Below are positions 17,691-31,033 of a stretch of DNA of 38,926 bases, piece by piece; position 1 is the stretch's first letter; each line of letters opens with the position of its first letter. Origin of the DNA: Candidatus Zambryskiibacteriota bacterium (GTDB taxonomy: Bacteria > Patescibacteriota > Minisyncoccia > Phycocordibacterales > DATDWN01); the NCBI GenBank assembly GCA_026394815.1, contig JAPLZX010000011.1, positions 20,177-59,102 on the forward strand, read 5' to 3'. Position numbers and translations under genes: made by a program. Under the pieces are notes generated by a model. That model was not told the origin of the DNA. It saw only the letters and a list, made by a program, of their open reading frames with translations, and searched no databases.

Positions 17691-19373
17691 ATGATGACTC
17701 AATCTGAAGCCTTGGATATTTTAAAAACGGGAAAGAATGTTTTTTTGACCGGCCCTGCTGGGAGCGGAAAAACTCATGTACTTAATTCTTATATCGAATA
17801 TTTAAAATCGCATGCTGTGGATGTGGCTATCACTGCTTCTACTGGTATTGCCGCAACGCATCTTGGAGGGATGACTATACATTCTTGGTCTGGGATTGGT
17901 GTTCGTGACACACTTACGGATTATGATATTGATGATCTTATGCAGAGACAATATCTTTACAAAAGATTTGATAGAACAAAAGTCTTGATTATTGATGAGG
18001 TGTCTATGCTTCATCATTTCAGGTTAGATTTGGTAGAGTGGATATGTCGACAAATGAAACACAATGAAAGACCTTTTGGAGGCATGCAAATTGTTTTGTC
18101 TGGAGATTTTTTTCAGCTTCCTCCTGTTACGCGAGGTGATTTGGTTGAGTCAGAATTTGCATATAAGGCAGAATGTTGGAAAGATGCAAAACTGACAACT
18201 TGTTACATATCGGAACAACATCGTCAAAAAGACAATGTTTATCTTTCTATACTAAATCAAATCCGCCAAAACAAAGTTACAACAAAAACAATAGAACTTT
18301 TAAAAACTCGTTTTAATAAAGACCCGGAGTCCGGCAAGGAATCAACCCGACTCTATACACATAATATTGATGTTGATGTGGTAAATAAGCGTTATTTAGA
18401 TTTAATAAATGCCGAGAAGAAGGATTATCACATGACTTCAAAAGGTTCGCGTGGTTTGGCCGAGACTTTAAAAAAGAATTGTTTATCTCCGGAAAAACTA
18501 GAGTTAAAAAAGGGCGCTAGAGTAATGTTTACAAAAAATCATACAGAAGGTGGGTATGTAAATGGTACTCTTGGTGTTGTCATAGATTTCAATTCTTTCG
18601 GTGACCCGGTTGTTGAAACCAATAATGGTATGAAATTTTCTGTAACACCTCAATCATGGAAAATAGAAGAGGAAGGAAAAGTAAAAGCTGAAATTTCTCA
18701 ACATCCACTGCGCTTAGCCTGGGCTATTACTGTGCACAAAAGTCAGGGGATGTCCTTAGATGCTATGGAAGTGGATTTGTCCAAGTCATTTGTTCGTGGA
18801 ATGGGATATGTAGCTTTATCACGAGTTCGTTCTTTGGATGGAATGAAATTGCTTGGGTTTAATGATATGTCACTTGAAATTGACCCGGAAGTTTTGGAAA
18901 AAGATTTAGAGTTTCAAAAAATGTCAGAAACAGCAAAATCTAGATTACACGAAATGTCTCGCGAGGAGATTTTGGAGAAACAAAAAGAATGGATGCACAA
19001 AATTGAGCCAGAGGAAAAAATAAAAATAAGGAGAAAAGAAAAAGAGGAAAATAAGGAAATGAAAAAATCTACCCAAGAAATTACAGCTGGGATGCTTGCC
19101 GAGGAAGTACCACTTGCCGATATTGCAGAGGTAAGGGGAGTGAAACAAGAGACTATTGTTTCTCACATTGAGGATTTATTAGCGAAAGATAGAAAAAAAT
19201 GTCCAGACATTACTTATTTGAAACGTGAATTAAAACGTAGTGAATTAGATGATATTTTATCCGCGTTCAAAAAATGTAAAACAACAACTCTCTCACCAGT
19301 ATATTATTTTTTAACCAAACAAAAAAAGAAGACAAGTTATCTCAAAATCCGCCTGGCAAGACTATTTTTGTAA
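17691..19373 (+). CDS. Pif1-family (SF1B) helicase with C-terminal helix-turn-helix domain
   Basis: FLTGPAGSGKT, TASTGIAA, TIHSWSG, IIDEVSM, FGGMQIVLSGDFFQLPPV, LAWAITVHKSQG, YVALSR; C-terminal IAEVRGVKQETIVSHI. Confidence 0.92.
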   Translation: MMTQSEALDILKTGKNVFLTGPAGSGKTHVLNSYIEYLKSHAVDVAITASTGIAATHLGGMTIHSWSGIGVRDTLTDYDIDDLMQRQYLYKRFDRTKVLIIDEVSMLHHFRLDLVEWICRQMKHNERPFGGMQIVLSGDFFQLPPVTRGDLVESEFAYKAECWKDAKLTTCYISEQHRQKDNVYLSILNQIRQNKVTTKTIELLKTRFNKDPESGKESTRLYTHNIDVDVVNKRYLDLINAEKKDYHMTSKGSRGLAETLKKNCLSPEKLELKKGARVMFTKNHTEGGYVNGTLGVVIDFNSFGDPVVETNNGMKFSVTPQSWKIEEEGKVKAEISQHPLRLAWAITVHKSQGMSLDAMEVDLSKSFVRGMGYVALSRVRSLDGMKLLGFNDMSLEIDPEVLEKDLEFQKMSETAKSRLHEMSREEILEKQKEWMHKIEPEEKIKIRRKEKEENKEMKKSTQEITAGMLAEEVPLADIAEVRGVKQETIVSHIEDLLAKDRKKCPDITYLKRELKRSELDDILSAFKKCKTTTLSPVYYFLTKQKKKTSYLKIRLARLFL

Positions 19374-19380
19374 AACTAAA

Positions 19381-20391
19381 ATGAATAAGAAATACTACAC
19401 ATTATTGGTTTTATCACTGATTGTCTTTTTTGCATTTAATTTTTTTATTTACACAACCTCTTTTGAGGTTTCAACAGAGGGAATAAAATATCCAGTCCAA
19501 CAACTGGTAGAACAGAAAAATCCATCGGTTTTAAATTTTGGTGATGTTATCTTTGATAGAGGAGTACGAAATATAATAGAAAATCGCGGGCGAGATCCAT
19601 TTGAATATATAAAAAAAGATTTAAATATTATAAATAAGTTTAACGTTATTATTGTGAATTTAGAAGGTCCTATTGTAGAAATGGATAGGAGTAAATGTCA
19701 ATCAAAAGACTACAATTTTCAATTTGCTTCTACTACTCCAGAGTTTTTAAAAAGTGTAGGTGTAAATATGGTCAATATCGCAAATAATCATAGTTATGAT
19801 TGTTTGCAAGCTGGGTTAGATAGCACAAAGGAATATTTAGAAAAAGCGGGAATTGATTACATAGGAGACAAAGAACTTGAAAAAAGCTATGTCATAAAAA
19901 CAATTGGTGGTAAAAAAATAGCTTTTGTTGGTATAGATGAAACAGTTGCACTAATTCCTGTTTCAAATTTTTATTCTCTTATAAAAAGACTAGATACAGA
20001 AAATGATTTTGTTGTGGTTAATATTCACTGGGGAGCAGAATATGAATTAGATAAAACTGAAGCACAAATAGTAATAGCACACAGTCTTATAGACAACGGT
20101 GCAGATGTTATATTTGGTCATCACCCACATGTTATAGAGTCGATGGAGATATACAAAAACAAGGCGATATTTTATTCTCTTGGTAATTTTGTTTTTGACC
20201 AAAATTTTGGAGATACAACGATTGGGCTTGGAGTAGGGGTTAAATTTAAAGACGAAAAAAGTGTTTTTACAATCTTTCCATTCAATATAAAACTTTTTGC
20301 TCCGGAATTTATGAAAGATGAAGAGAAAGATTTGTTTTGTGAAAATTATTTAAAACTCATTAGTCACACAGGATGTGTTTTTGAGATATGA
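19381..20391 (+). CDS. CapA/PgsA-family metallophosphoesterase with N-terminal membrane anchor
   Basis: GD, NLEGP, ANNHSYD, HWGAEY, GHHPHV and YSLGNF motifs. Confidence 0.9.
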   Translation: MNKKYYTLLVLSLIVFFAFNFFIYTTSFEVSTEGIKYPVQQLVEQKNPSVLNFGDVIFDRGVRNIIENRGRDPFEYIKKDLNIINKFNVIIVNLEGPIVEMDRSKCQSKDYNFQFASTTPEFLKSVGVNMVNIANNHSYDCLQAGLDSTKEYLEKAGIDYIGDKELEKSYVIKTIGGKKIAFVGIDETVALIPVSNFYSLIKRLDTENDFVVVNIHWGAEYELDKTEAQIVIAHSLIDNGADVIFGHHPHVIESMEIYKNKAIFYSLGNFVFDQNFGDTTIGLGVGVKFKDEKSVFTIFPFNIKLFAPEFMKDEEKDLFCENYLKLISHTGCVFEI

Positions 20392-20407
20392 ATTTGTGGT
20401 TTCTAAC

Positions 20408-20416
20408 TTATCCACA
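20408..20416 (+). promoter_or_regulatory. DnaA box
   Basis: Perfect TTATCCACA. Confidence 0.6.
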
Positions 20417-20425
20417 CCCTCATAC

Positions 20426-20455
20426 TTGACGAGTGAACCTTGGTTCACTTATAAT
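20426..20455 (+). promoter_or_regulatory. lexA operon promoter with putative SOS box in the spacer
   Basis: TTGACG (20426-20431) and TATAAT (20450-20455) flank the palindrome AGTGAACC-TT-GGTTCACT (GAAC-N4-GTTC). Confidence 0.85.
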
Positions 20456-20484
20456 GTAAACATATAAATACTAAGAGAAAAAAT

Positions 20485-20697
20485 ATGTCTAAACAAAATT
20501 TAGAAAAAGTTTTAAGAAGAGAATTAGAAGTTTTGAATGATCAAATAGACGAGAAAATAATAAGAGGTTTATCCTATGCTAGGGAAGCAAAGCGACACAA
20601 GTTTATTCTCTCTAGTTTGGCAAATATTCATAGAGAATCACGATCTGATTCTGGGTGGTTGGTTAAATCTTTCAGTAGTACTTTTTCTATAATATAA
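20485..20697 (+). CDS. 70-aa hypothetical protein, first gene of the lexA operon
   Basis: Clean ORF between the SOS-box promoter and lexA (4-nt gap); helical with a hydrophobic/amphipathic C-terminus. Confidence 0.75.
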   Translation: MSKQNLEKVLRRELEVLNDQIDEKIIRGLSYAREAKRHKFILSSLANIHRESRSDSGWLVKSFSSTFSII

Positions 20698-20701
20698 ATA
20701 T

Positions 20702-21280
20702 ATGGGTGAAGAAAAATATATCTTACAAAAAAACAAAATAATTTCTTTTTATCAAAAAAACAGACGAATGCCTGGCTACAAAGAAATTATGGCACTTGTT
20801 GGTTTCAGATCTAAGAATGCTGTATACAAACTGATAAATAAACTTGTAGATGATGAAGTGGTTGATAAAGATTCACAAGGCAGACTTACACCAATGAAAA
20901 TTTTTGGAGAGATCCCTCTTTTAGGTCTCGTCGAGGCAGGCATTCCAACCATTGTAGACCCGAATCTTTTAGATTCATTAAATTTGGACGAATATCTTGT
21001 AAGTAATAAGGAATCAACCTATTTATTAGAAGTCAAAGGTGATTCCATGATAGATGAGGGTATAAAAGAGGGGGATTTGGTTTTGGTAGAGAGAAAGGGT
21101 GACCCAAAGGATGGAGATATTGTTATTGCTGAAGTTGACGGTGGTTGGACGATGAAGTATTTCAAAAAGAAAGGTAATTTGATATACCTTAAACCAGCCA
21201 ACAAAAACTACTCACCAATATATCCGCAATATGATTTGAAAGTGGTAGCGATTGTTAAAGGAGTAATACGTAAATACTAA
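20702..21280 (+). CDS. lexA: LexA-family SOS repressor
   Basis: N-terminal wHTH (PGYKEIMALVGFRSKNAV), GLVEAG cleavage site, VKGDSM Ser and TMK Lys catalytic dyad. Confidence 0.9.
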   Translation: MGEEKYILQKNKIISFYQKNRRMPGYKEIMALVGFRSKNAVYKLINKLVDDEVVDKDSQGRLTPMKIFGEIPLLGLVEAGIPTIVDPNLLDSLNLDEYLVSNKESTYLLEVKGDSMIDEGIKEGDLVLVERKGDPKDGDIVIAEVDGGWTMKYFKKKGNLIYLKPANKNYSPIYPQYDLKVVAIVKGVIRKY

Positions 21281-21284
21281 AAGT

Positions 21285-21680
21285 ATGGAAGAAACAAAAT
21301 ACAAAATAATCGTTGTGCGAGGAGCGTTTGTTGATCCTACATTGCTAAACAAATTTAATCCAACGATAATTGAGGATTATGAAGAAGGAGATGAATGGCA
21401 AGGTCTTGATGAGATTACTGTTACTCTTAAAGATATAAAAGAATTACAAAAGATTATGATTAAACATTATAGTGGTCAAAATAATCCATGGTATATGGAT
21501 GGACACAAAGAAGAAAATAAGAATGAGCTTATTGTTGTTTTTGGTGCTGATGATGGTGAAAATGGTAAAATATTTCAGTTTAAAAGAACTGATATAGATG
21601 AGATCGAGAAAGTAAAAAAATATGGAATTTCAAAAGGAATTCCAGAAGAGCAAATGGATTTTGGTCAATTAAATGTTTAA
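21285..21680 (+). CDS. Acidic hypothetical protein
   Basis: 131-aa ORF tightly packed after lexA; no family recognised. Confidence 0.7.
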   Translation: MEETKYKIIVVRGAFVDPTLLNKFNPTIIEDYEEGDEWQGLDEITVTLKDIKELQKIMIKHYSGQNNPWYMDGHKEENKNELIVVFGADDGENGKIFQFKRTDIDEIEKVKKYGISKGIPEEQMDFGQLNV

Positions 21681-21683
21681 TGT

Positions 21684-21944
21684 ATGAAAATAATAGTAAA
21701 AGCTAAACCAAATTCGAAAATTGAGATGATGGAGAGGATAGGGCAACCATCCCTTGATTTGGAAGGTGTCAGGCCAAGTATTGTCGAATACAAAGTTTCA
21801 ATTAAAGAACCACCTATTGGTGGAAGAGCAAATGAAGCTATTGTGAAGGTTTTGGCAAAATATTTTGATGTTGCACCATCTCTTGTGCGGTTAGTTTCTG
21901 GAGCATCTAGTAAAAGAAAGGTTTTTGAAATACTTAATCAGTAA
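21684..21944 (+). CDS. DUF167 (YggU-like) protein
   Basis: VKAKPNSK...VSIKEPPIGGRANEA...LVSGASSKRKVFEI. Confidence 0.85.
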   Translation: MKIIVKAKPNSKIEMMERIGQPSLDLEGVRPSIVEYKVSIKEPPIGGRANEAIVKVLAKYFDVAPSLVRLVSGASSKRKVFEILNQ

Positions 21945-21972
21945 ATTTTATTTTTGAGTATGTCAAATGGGG

Positions 21973-21992
21973 TGTGAATAGTATGTGGATAA
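21973..21992 (-). promoter_or_regulatory. DnaA box pair upstream of the rpoB promoter
   Basis: TGTGGATAA (21984-21992, perfect) and TGTGAATAG (21973-21981, near-consensus). Confidence 0.6.
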
Positions 21993-22007
21993 CTACATTG
22001 ACTTTAC

Positions 22008-22037
22008 TTGACAAATAATATGCTCTTGACGTATACT
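22008..22037 (+). promoter_or_regulatory. sigma70 promoter upstream of the rpoB leader
   Basis: TTGACA (22008-22013), 18 nt, TATACT (22032-22037). Confidence 0.7.
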
Positions 22038-22052
22038 CTATTTTGACTTCAT

Positions 22053-22268
22053 ACGATTGAGTCTCTGGTGAAAAGCGAAGAAGTGTAGGGAATTACAAGG
22101 TGAGAAGTCGTGTTACGACTTCGCAAGACCTTGAGCATCTGTACTCAGATGCGAAAGGTGTACAGAACCTGTAAGGTTAATAAGTTCTCAAACCATTTTG
22201 CATTTCAATCGTTAACAAATAAATAGCAAAGACAACAACCTCTTTGGGGAAGGGGGCTTGTTTTTGTT
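22053..22268 (+). ncRNA. Putative structured RNA / cis-regulatory leader upstream of rpoB (unassigned family)
   Basis: Closing stem ACGATTGA/TCAATCGT encloses stems CAAGGT/ACCTTG, GAAGTCGT/ACGACTTC, GCATCTG/CAGATGC and AGGT/ACCT; a terminator-like hairpin follows. Confidence 0.6.
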
Positions 22269-22320
22269 GGTTTTCGTTTTATTAATAAACAAAAGAGGGT
22301 TTTAAAAAATAATATTTTTT

Positions 22321-25300
22321 ATGAATATAACAACTGCTCGTCCACAGAAGTTTTTCAGTCGTTTTAGAAAACCACTTGCACCAACACCAAATTTCGTCGA
22401 GCCACAATTGAATTCTTTCAAGTGGCTTGTGGAAAAAGGACTGAAAGAAGTTTTTGAAGAATTTTCTTCCATAAAAGATTTTTCAGAAAAAAAGTTTACT
22501 TTGGATTTTACTGGTTTTGAATTAGCCCAAGCAAAACACGATGAGTATTATGCAAAAGATAACAAACTTTCCTATGAGGCGCCTTTGAAAGTCAAGGTAA
22601 AACTAAAGAATCATATTCTTGGTACGGAAAAAGAGCAGGAGATTTTTATGGCTGATTTTCCCCTAATGACTTCTCACGGCACATTTATCATTTCTGGTAT
22701 TGAAAGAGTTATTGTCCCTCAACTTGCCCGTTCATATGGTGTGTTTTTTACGGCCTCTGAAGTCAAAGGCCGCAAACTTTTTGGGGCTAAGATTATACCT
22801 TCTCGAGGGGCTTGGATAGAAGTAGAATCTGATGCAGAGGGGATGATCTATGTTCGTATTGATCGAAAAAGAAAATTTGCTAGTACTACTCTTCTTCGTG
22901 TTCTAGGAGCAAAAGATGATGCAGGAATCAGGAAGCTTTTTGCGGGGGATAAATTTGCAACTCAATCCATGGAAAGAACTTTATTGAAAGACAAAGATAA
23001 AACAGTAGACGAAGCATTTATTGAAATACATAAAAGATTGCGTGATGGAGATTTAGCTACAGCAGACAATGCACGTGAATTTATTAATTCTATTTTTGAA
23101 GAGGAAAGATATGACCTTTCTCCCGTTGGAAGATATAGATTCAACAAACGATTTAATAAAAAGATGGATGATAAGGAATTAAAGAGAAAAACCATATCTC
23201 TTGATGATCTTGTTATAATAATTTCTCATATAGCATTCCTTAATAACACTCCAAACGCGATGGAAGATGATATAGACCATCTAGGAAGTCGTCGTGTACG
23301 ATTTGTCGGAGAGCTTTTTCAACAAAAAATCCGTACCGGCATGGCCCAGATTAAAAGAAATATTCAGAACAGAATGTCTACTATTGATACGGATGTTACT
23401 CTTCCTATTCAGTTTATATCCCCAAAACCACTTCAAGCTCGTATTAAAGAATTTTTCACAACAAACCAATTATCACAATTTATGACGCAGGAAAACCCTC
23501 TTGCCGAAATAGAAAATCTTCGTACTCTTTCTGCCCTAGGACCTGGTGGTCTTAATCGTACCAGAGCAGGGTTTGAAGTTCGTGATGTGCACACTTCTCA
23601 CTACGGGAGACTTTGTCCAATACATACTCCAGAAGGACCAAATATTGGTTTGGTATTACGTCTTGCTATTTATGCCAGAATTAATAGTTTTGGAATGATA
23701 GAAACTCCCTATGCGAAGGTTAAAAACGGCAAAGTAACAAATGAGATTGTATATATGAACGCATCCGAGGAAGAAAGTTTTGCTATAGCTCATGCTGCCA
23801 CTCCAGTAGATAAAGATGGTAAAATCACTGTTTCAGATGTAGAAGTTCGTATAGAAGGGAATCCAAGTACCGTATCAAAAGACAAAGTAAATTTTATTGA
23901 TGTCGCTACAAACCAAGCCTTCTCAATTGCCACATCAATGATTCCTTTCCTGAACCATAACGAAGCAAACAGAGCTCTTATGGCATCTAATATGCAAAGA
24001 CAAGCTACTCCGTGTATTATTCCGGAAGTTCCGCTTGTTGCCACTGGTATGGAAGCTGATGCTCTTAAAGATACAGGGAGATTAGTTATCGCTACCGAGA
24101 ATGGTGTAGTTACACATTCTGATGGTATGAAAATTGTTGTAAAAAATGATCAAGAAAAATATAAAGAATATACTCTTATAAGATTTTCACGAACAAATGG
24201 TTTTACGGCATTTCATCAAAGACCAAGGGTTAATGTTGGTGATAAAGTAAGAAAAGGGGATACGATTGCCGATACATCTGCAAGTAAAGATGGGCAATCT
24301 GCAATAGGGCAAAATATGCTTGTAGCTTTTATGTCCTGGAGTGGTTCAAACTATGAAGACGCTATTATTCTTTCTGAAAGAGTTGTAAAAAACAGTAAAT
24401 TTACATCTATCCACATAGAGGATTTTGTAGTTAATGTTAGGGAGACAAAACTTGGTCCAGAAGTGACTACATGTGATATTCCAAATGTTGGTGAAGCAAA
24501 ATTAAAAAATCTAGCAGAGGATGGTATTGTTCAAGTCGGAGCAGAAGTTCGTCCTGGAGACATTCTTGTGGGTAAAATTACTCCCAAAGGAGAAACCCAA
24601 CTTACTCCAGAGGAAAGACTTCTAAGATCACTTTTTGGTGAAAAAGCTCATGATGTAAAAGATACTTCAAAACGAATGGAAGGAGGTAAAAGAGGGCGTG
24701 TTATTAAAGTACAAATTTTTTCAAGAGAAAATGGTGATAAATTAGATTCAGGTATTATAAAAAGAATTTATATTGAAGTAGCCCAGCTTCGAAATGTTTC
24801 AGTGGGAGATAAACTAGCTGGACGACATGGAAATAAAGGTGTTATTTCAAAAATTCTTCCGGAAGAAGATATGCCGTATATGGTAGATGGTACACCTATT
24901 GATGTTGTTCTCACTCCACTTGGCGTGCCAAGTCGTATGAACTTGGGTCAGATTTTGGAACTTCATTTGGGACTTGCTGCACATACACTAGATTATCAAG
25001 CTATTGTTCCTCCATTTGCAGGAGCTACAGGCGAAGAAATAAAAGAAGAATTAAAAAAAGCTGGATTTTCAGAAACAGGGAAAATGAAATTATTTGATGG
25101 GCGAACCGGTCAAGCTTTTGAACAGGATATTGCCGTAGGTTATATGTATATTATGAAGCTTCATCATATGGTGGAGGATAAAATTCATATGAGGTCTATT
25201 GGTCCTTACTCACTTATTACACAACAACCACTTGGTGGGAAGGCTCAAAATGGTGGTCAGCGATTTGGAGAAATGGAAGTTTGGGCACTTTTGGGTCACG

Positions 25301-25521
25301 GAGCAGCGCATACACTTCAGGAAATTCTGACCATTAAATCGGACGATATTGTTGGTAGATCAGCGGCTTTTGATGCAATAGTCAAAGGCTTGCCTATTAC
25401 CCAACTAAATACACCAGCATCATTTAATGTGTTGTTAAATAATTTACGTGGTTTAGCTTTAGATGTTCAGATTAAAAGGGGGTCGAAAGAAATATTAGAT
25501 GGTCATAAAGAAATCGTTTAA
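22321..25521 (+). CDS. rpoB: DNA-directed RNA polymerase beta subunit
   Basis: DDIDHLGSRR, RDVHTSHYGRLCPIHTPEGPNIG, GDKLAGRHGNKG, GVPSRMNLGQ, GGQRFGEMEVWAL. Confidence 0.98.
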   Translation: MNITTARPQKFFSRFRKPLAPTPNFVEPQLNSFKWLVEKGLKEVFEEFSSIKDFSEKKFTLDFTGFELAQAKHDEYYAKDNKLSYEAPLKVKVKLKNHILGTEKEQEIFMADFPLMTSHGTFIISGIERVIVPQLARSYGVFFTASEVKGRKLFGAKIIPSRGAWIEVESDAEGMIYVRIDRKRKFASTTLLRVLGAKDDAGIRKLFAGDKFATQSMERTLLKDKDKTVDEAFIEIHKRLRDGDLATADNAREFINSIFEEERYDLSPVGRYRFNKRFNKKMDDKELKRKTISLDDLVIIISHIAFLNNTPNAMEDDIDHLGSRRVRFVGELFQQKIRTGMAQIKRNIQNRMSTIDTDVTLPIQFISPKPLQARIKEFFTTNQLSQFMTQENPLAEIENLRTLSALGPGGLNRTRAGFEVRDVHTSHYGRLCPIHTPEGPNIGLVLRLAIYARINSFGMIETPYAKVKNGKVTNEIVYMNASEEESFAIAHAATPVDKDGKITVSDVEVRIEGNPSTVSKDKVNFIDVATNQAFSIATSMIPFLNHNEANRALMASNMQRQATPCIIPEVPLVATGMEADALKDTGRLVIATENGVVTHSDGMKIVVKNDQEKYKEYTLIRFSRTNGFTAFHQRPRVNVGDKVRKGDTIADTSASKDGQSAIGQNMLVAFMSWSGSNYEDAIILSERVVKNSKFTSIHIEDFVVNVRETKLGPEVTTCDIPNVGEAKLKNLAEDGIVQVGAEVRPGDILVGKITPKGETQLTPEERLLRSLFGEKAHDVKDTSKRMEGGKRGRVIKVQIFSRENGDKLDSGIIKRIYIEVAQLRNVSVGDKLAGRHGNKGVISKILPEEDMPYMVDGTPIDVVLTPLGVPSRMNLGQILELHLGLAAHTLDYQAIVPPFAGATGEEIKEELKKAGFSETGKMKLFDGRTGQAFEQDIAVGYMYIMKLHHMVEDKIHMRSIGPYSLITQQPLGGKAQNGGQRFGEMEVWALLGHGAAHTLQEILTIKSDDIVGRSAAFDAIVKGLPITQLNTPASFNVLLNNLRGLALDVQIKRGSKEILDGHKEIV

Positions 25522-25534
25522 TCAGATTAACTAA

Positions 25535-29223
<3,689 letters not shown>

Positions 29224-29327
29224 AAAGTTCTTTCATAATCGCAAAATCTCTTTCTCGTCAAAATCTTTTCTTTGTCTAAACGAGATTTTGTTTGGTGGTA
29301 TTTAGAAGTTAACTTTATAACTTATTT

Positions 29328-30761
29328 ATGTCCTCATCTGTTGATCAAATCAAATCAAAAATAGATATTGTCACGCTGATTTCTTCGTACATAAAATTGG
29401 AAAAAGCGGGGACAAATTTTAAAGGTAAATGTCCATTTCATAACGAAAAAACTCCATCATTTTTTGTCTCTCCTGATAGGGGTACTTATTACTGTTTTGG
29501 TTGTCAGGCCAAGGGAGATATTTTTACTTTTGTTCAGGAATTTGAGGGGCTTGATTTCATAGGAAGTTTAAAAGTTTTAGCCGATCGAGCAGGGGTTGTG
29601 CTAGAACACTATAACGCTGGAGAAAAAACAGAAAAACAACATCTTCATTCTGTGTTGGAACAGGCAGTTTTCTTTTATGAAAAAAAACTGTCAGAGAATA
29701 AAGAAGCACAGGACTATCTTTATGGTAGAGGTGTGACAGACAGAACAATAAAAGATTTTCGTATTGGTTTTGCTTCGGCGGAGTGGCGAGATTTATTTGA
29801 GTATTTATTGGAACGAGGTGTCACTGAAAAAGATATGCTTTTAGTTGGTTTGATTAAACAAAAAGAAGGAACTGATTCCTATTACGATACATTTCGTGGG
29901 CGTATTATGTTTCCCATAAACGATTCATCTGGACGAGTTGTTGGTTTTTCTGGAAGAGCACTAAATCCTGATGAAAAAATACCGAAATATTTGAATAGTC
30001 CGGAAACAATTTTGTTTAATAAGTCAGAAATTTTATTTGGATTAGATAAAGCAAAAAAGGATATTAGATTAAAAGATTATTCTATTCTTGTTGAAGGACA
30101 AATGGATTTAATAATGCTTCATCAGGTGGGGATTACAAATGCTGTTGCATCATCTGGTACAGCTTTAACTGAAAATCATCTTATAAAACTTTGCAGACTT
30201 TCAAATCGTATTATTATGTCTTATGATGGTGATAATGCTGGTTTTTCTGCTTCAAATCGTAGTAGCCAACTAGCCCTGTCTTTAGGGATGGAGTTGAAAC
30301 TGGCGGTTATGCCAGAAGGCAAAGACCCTGCCGATCTAGCAAAAGAAGATGTAGAAAAATTGAAAGAATGTCTAAGAAATTCAAAACATATTATTGATTT
30401 TTATATAGATACTCTACTTTCTCGTAACCTAGAATCTCGTAAACTTGGTCAGGAAATACGAAAGCATGTATTACCTTTTGTGGCCTTACTTACAAGTACT
30501 ATAGAAAAAGCACATTTTATAAAAAGTATTGCTCAAAAAACTTTTATAAAAGAAGAAGCACTTTGGGAAGATTTAAAGCAGGTTGGAGTAAATTCGCCAG
30601 ATTTACCAAAAGTAGATATACAAACTTCTCCACCAAAAAAACGGATTGAAGCGATAGAAAGAAGGGTTTGGGGGATTATTTTGTGGCAGAAAGGAAATAA
30701 AGATAAAGTAGAGAATGTAGATATAGAAGAAAAGCAAATAAAATTTTTGGAGACAGATTGA
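29328..30761 (+). CDS. dnaG: DNA primase (C-terminal part probably continues in 30758-31033)
   Basis: CPFHNEKTPSF Zn finger, FRGRIMFPI, PKYLNSPET, VEGQMD, YDGDNAG, KDPAD. Confidence 0.95.
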   Translation: MSSSVDQIKSKIDIVTLISSYIKLEKAGTNFKGKCPFHNEKTPSFFVSPDRGTYYCFGCQAKGDIFTFVQEFEGLDFIGSLKVLADRAGVVLEHYNAGEKTEKQHLHSVLEQAVFFYEKKLSENKEAQDYLYGRGVTDRTIKDFRIGFASAEWRDLFEYLLERGVTEKDMLLVGLIKQKEGTDSYYDTFRGRIMFPINDSSGRVVGFSGRALNPDEKIPKYLNSPETILFNKSEILFGLDKAKKDIRLKDYSILVEGQMDLIMLHQVGITNAVASSGTALTENHLIKLCRLSNRIIMSYDGDNAGFSASNRSSQLALSLGMELKLAVMPEGKDPADLAKEDVEKLKECLRNSKHIIDFYIDTLLSRNLESRKLGQEIRKHVLPFVALLTSTIEKAHFIKSIAQKTFIKEEALWEDLKQVGVNSPDLPKVDIQTSPPKKRIEAIERRVWGIILWQKGNKDKVENVDIEEKQIKFLETD

Positions 30762-31033
30762 AGGAATTAGAAAGTAGATTCCAACAAGAAAAAGATTTAT
30801 TAATGTTTGAGATGGAAAGTTATTATAGTGATAAACCTGATTTAAGCCGAGATATTAATTATTTACTTTTAGGGCTTGAAGAAGAATATTTAAAACAAAA
30901 GTTTACAATAGCTATGGTAAATCTTCAAAAAGCAGAACAATCAAAAAACAATGAAGATATTTCAAAATATTTAAAGGAGTGTCAGGAGATTTCACAACAA
31001 ATAAATACAATTAAAAACACCTATGAAAAATAA
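30758..31033 (+). CDS. Probable frameshifted C-terminal helical domain of DnaG
   Basis: Helical ORF overlapping the dnaG stop in the -1 frame; only a TTG start; fills the gap to rpoD. Confidence 0.55.
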   Translation: MKELESRFQQEKDLLMFEMESYYSDKPDLSRDINYLLLGLEEEYLKQKFTIAMVNLQKAEQSKNNEDISKYLKECQEISQQINTIKNTYEK

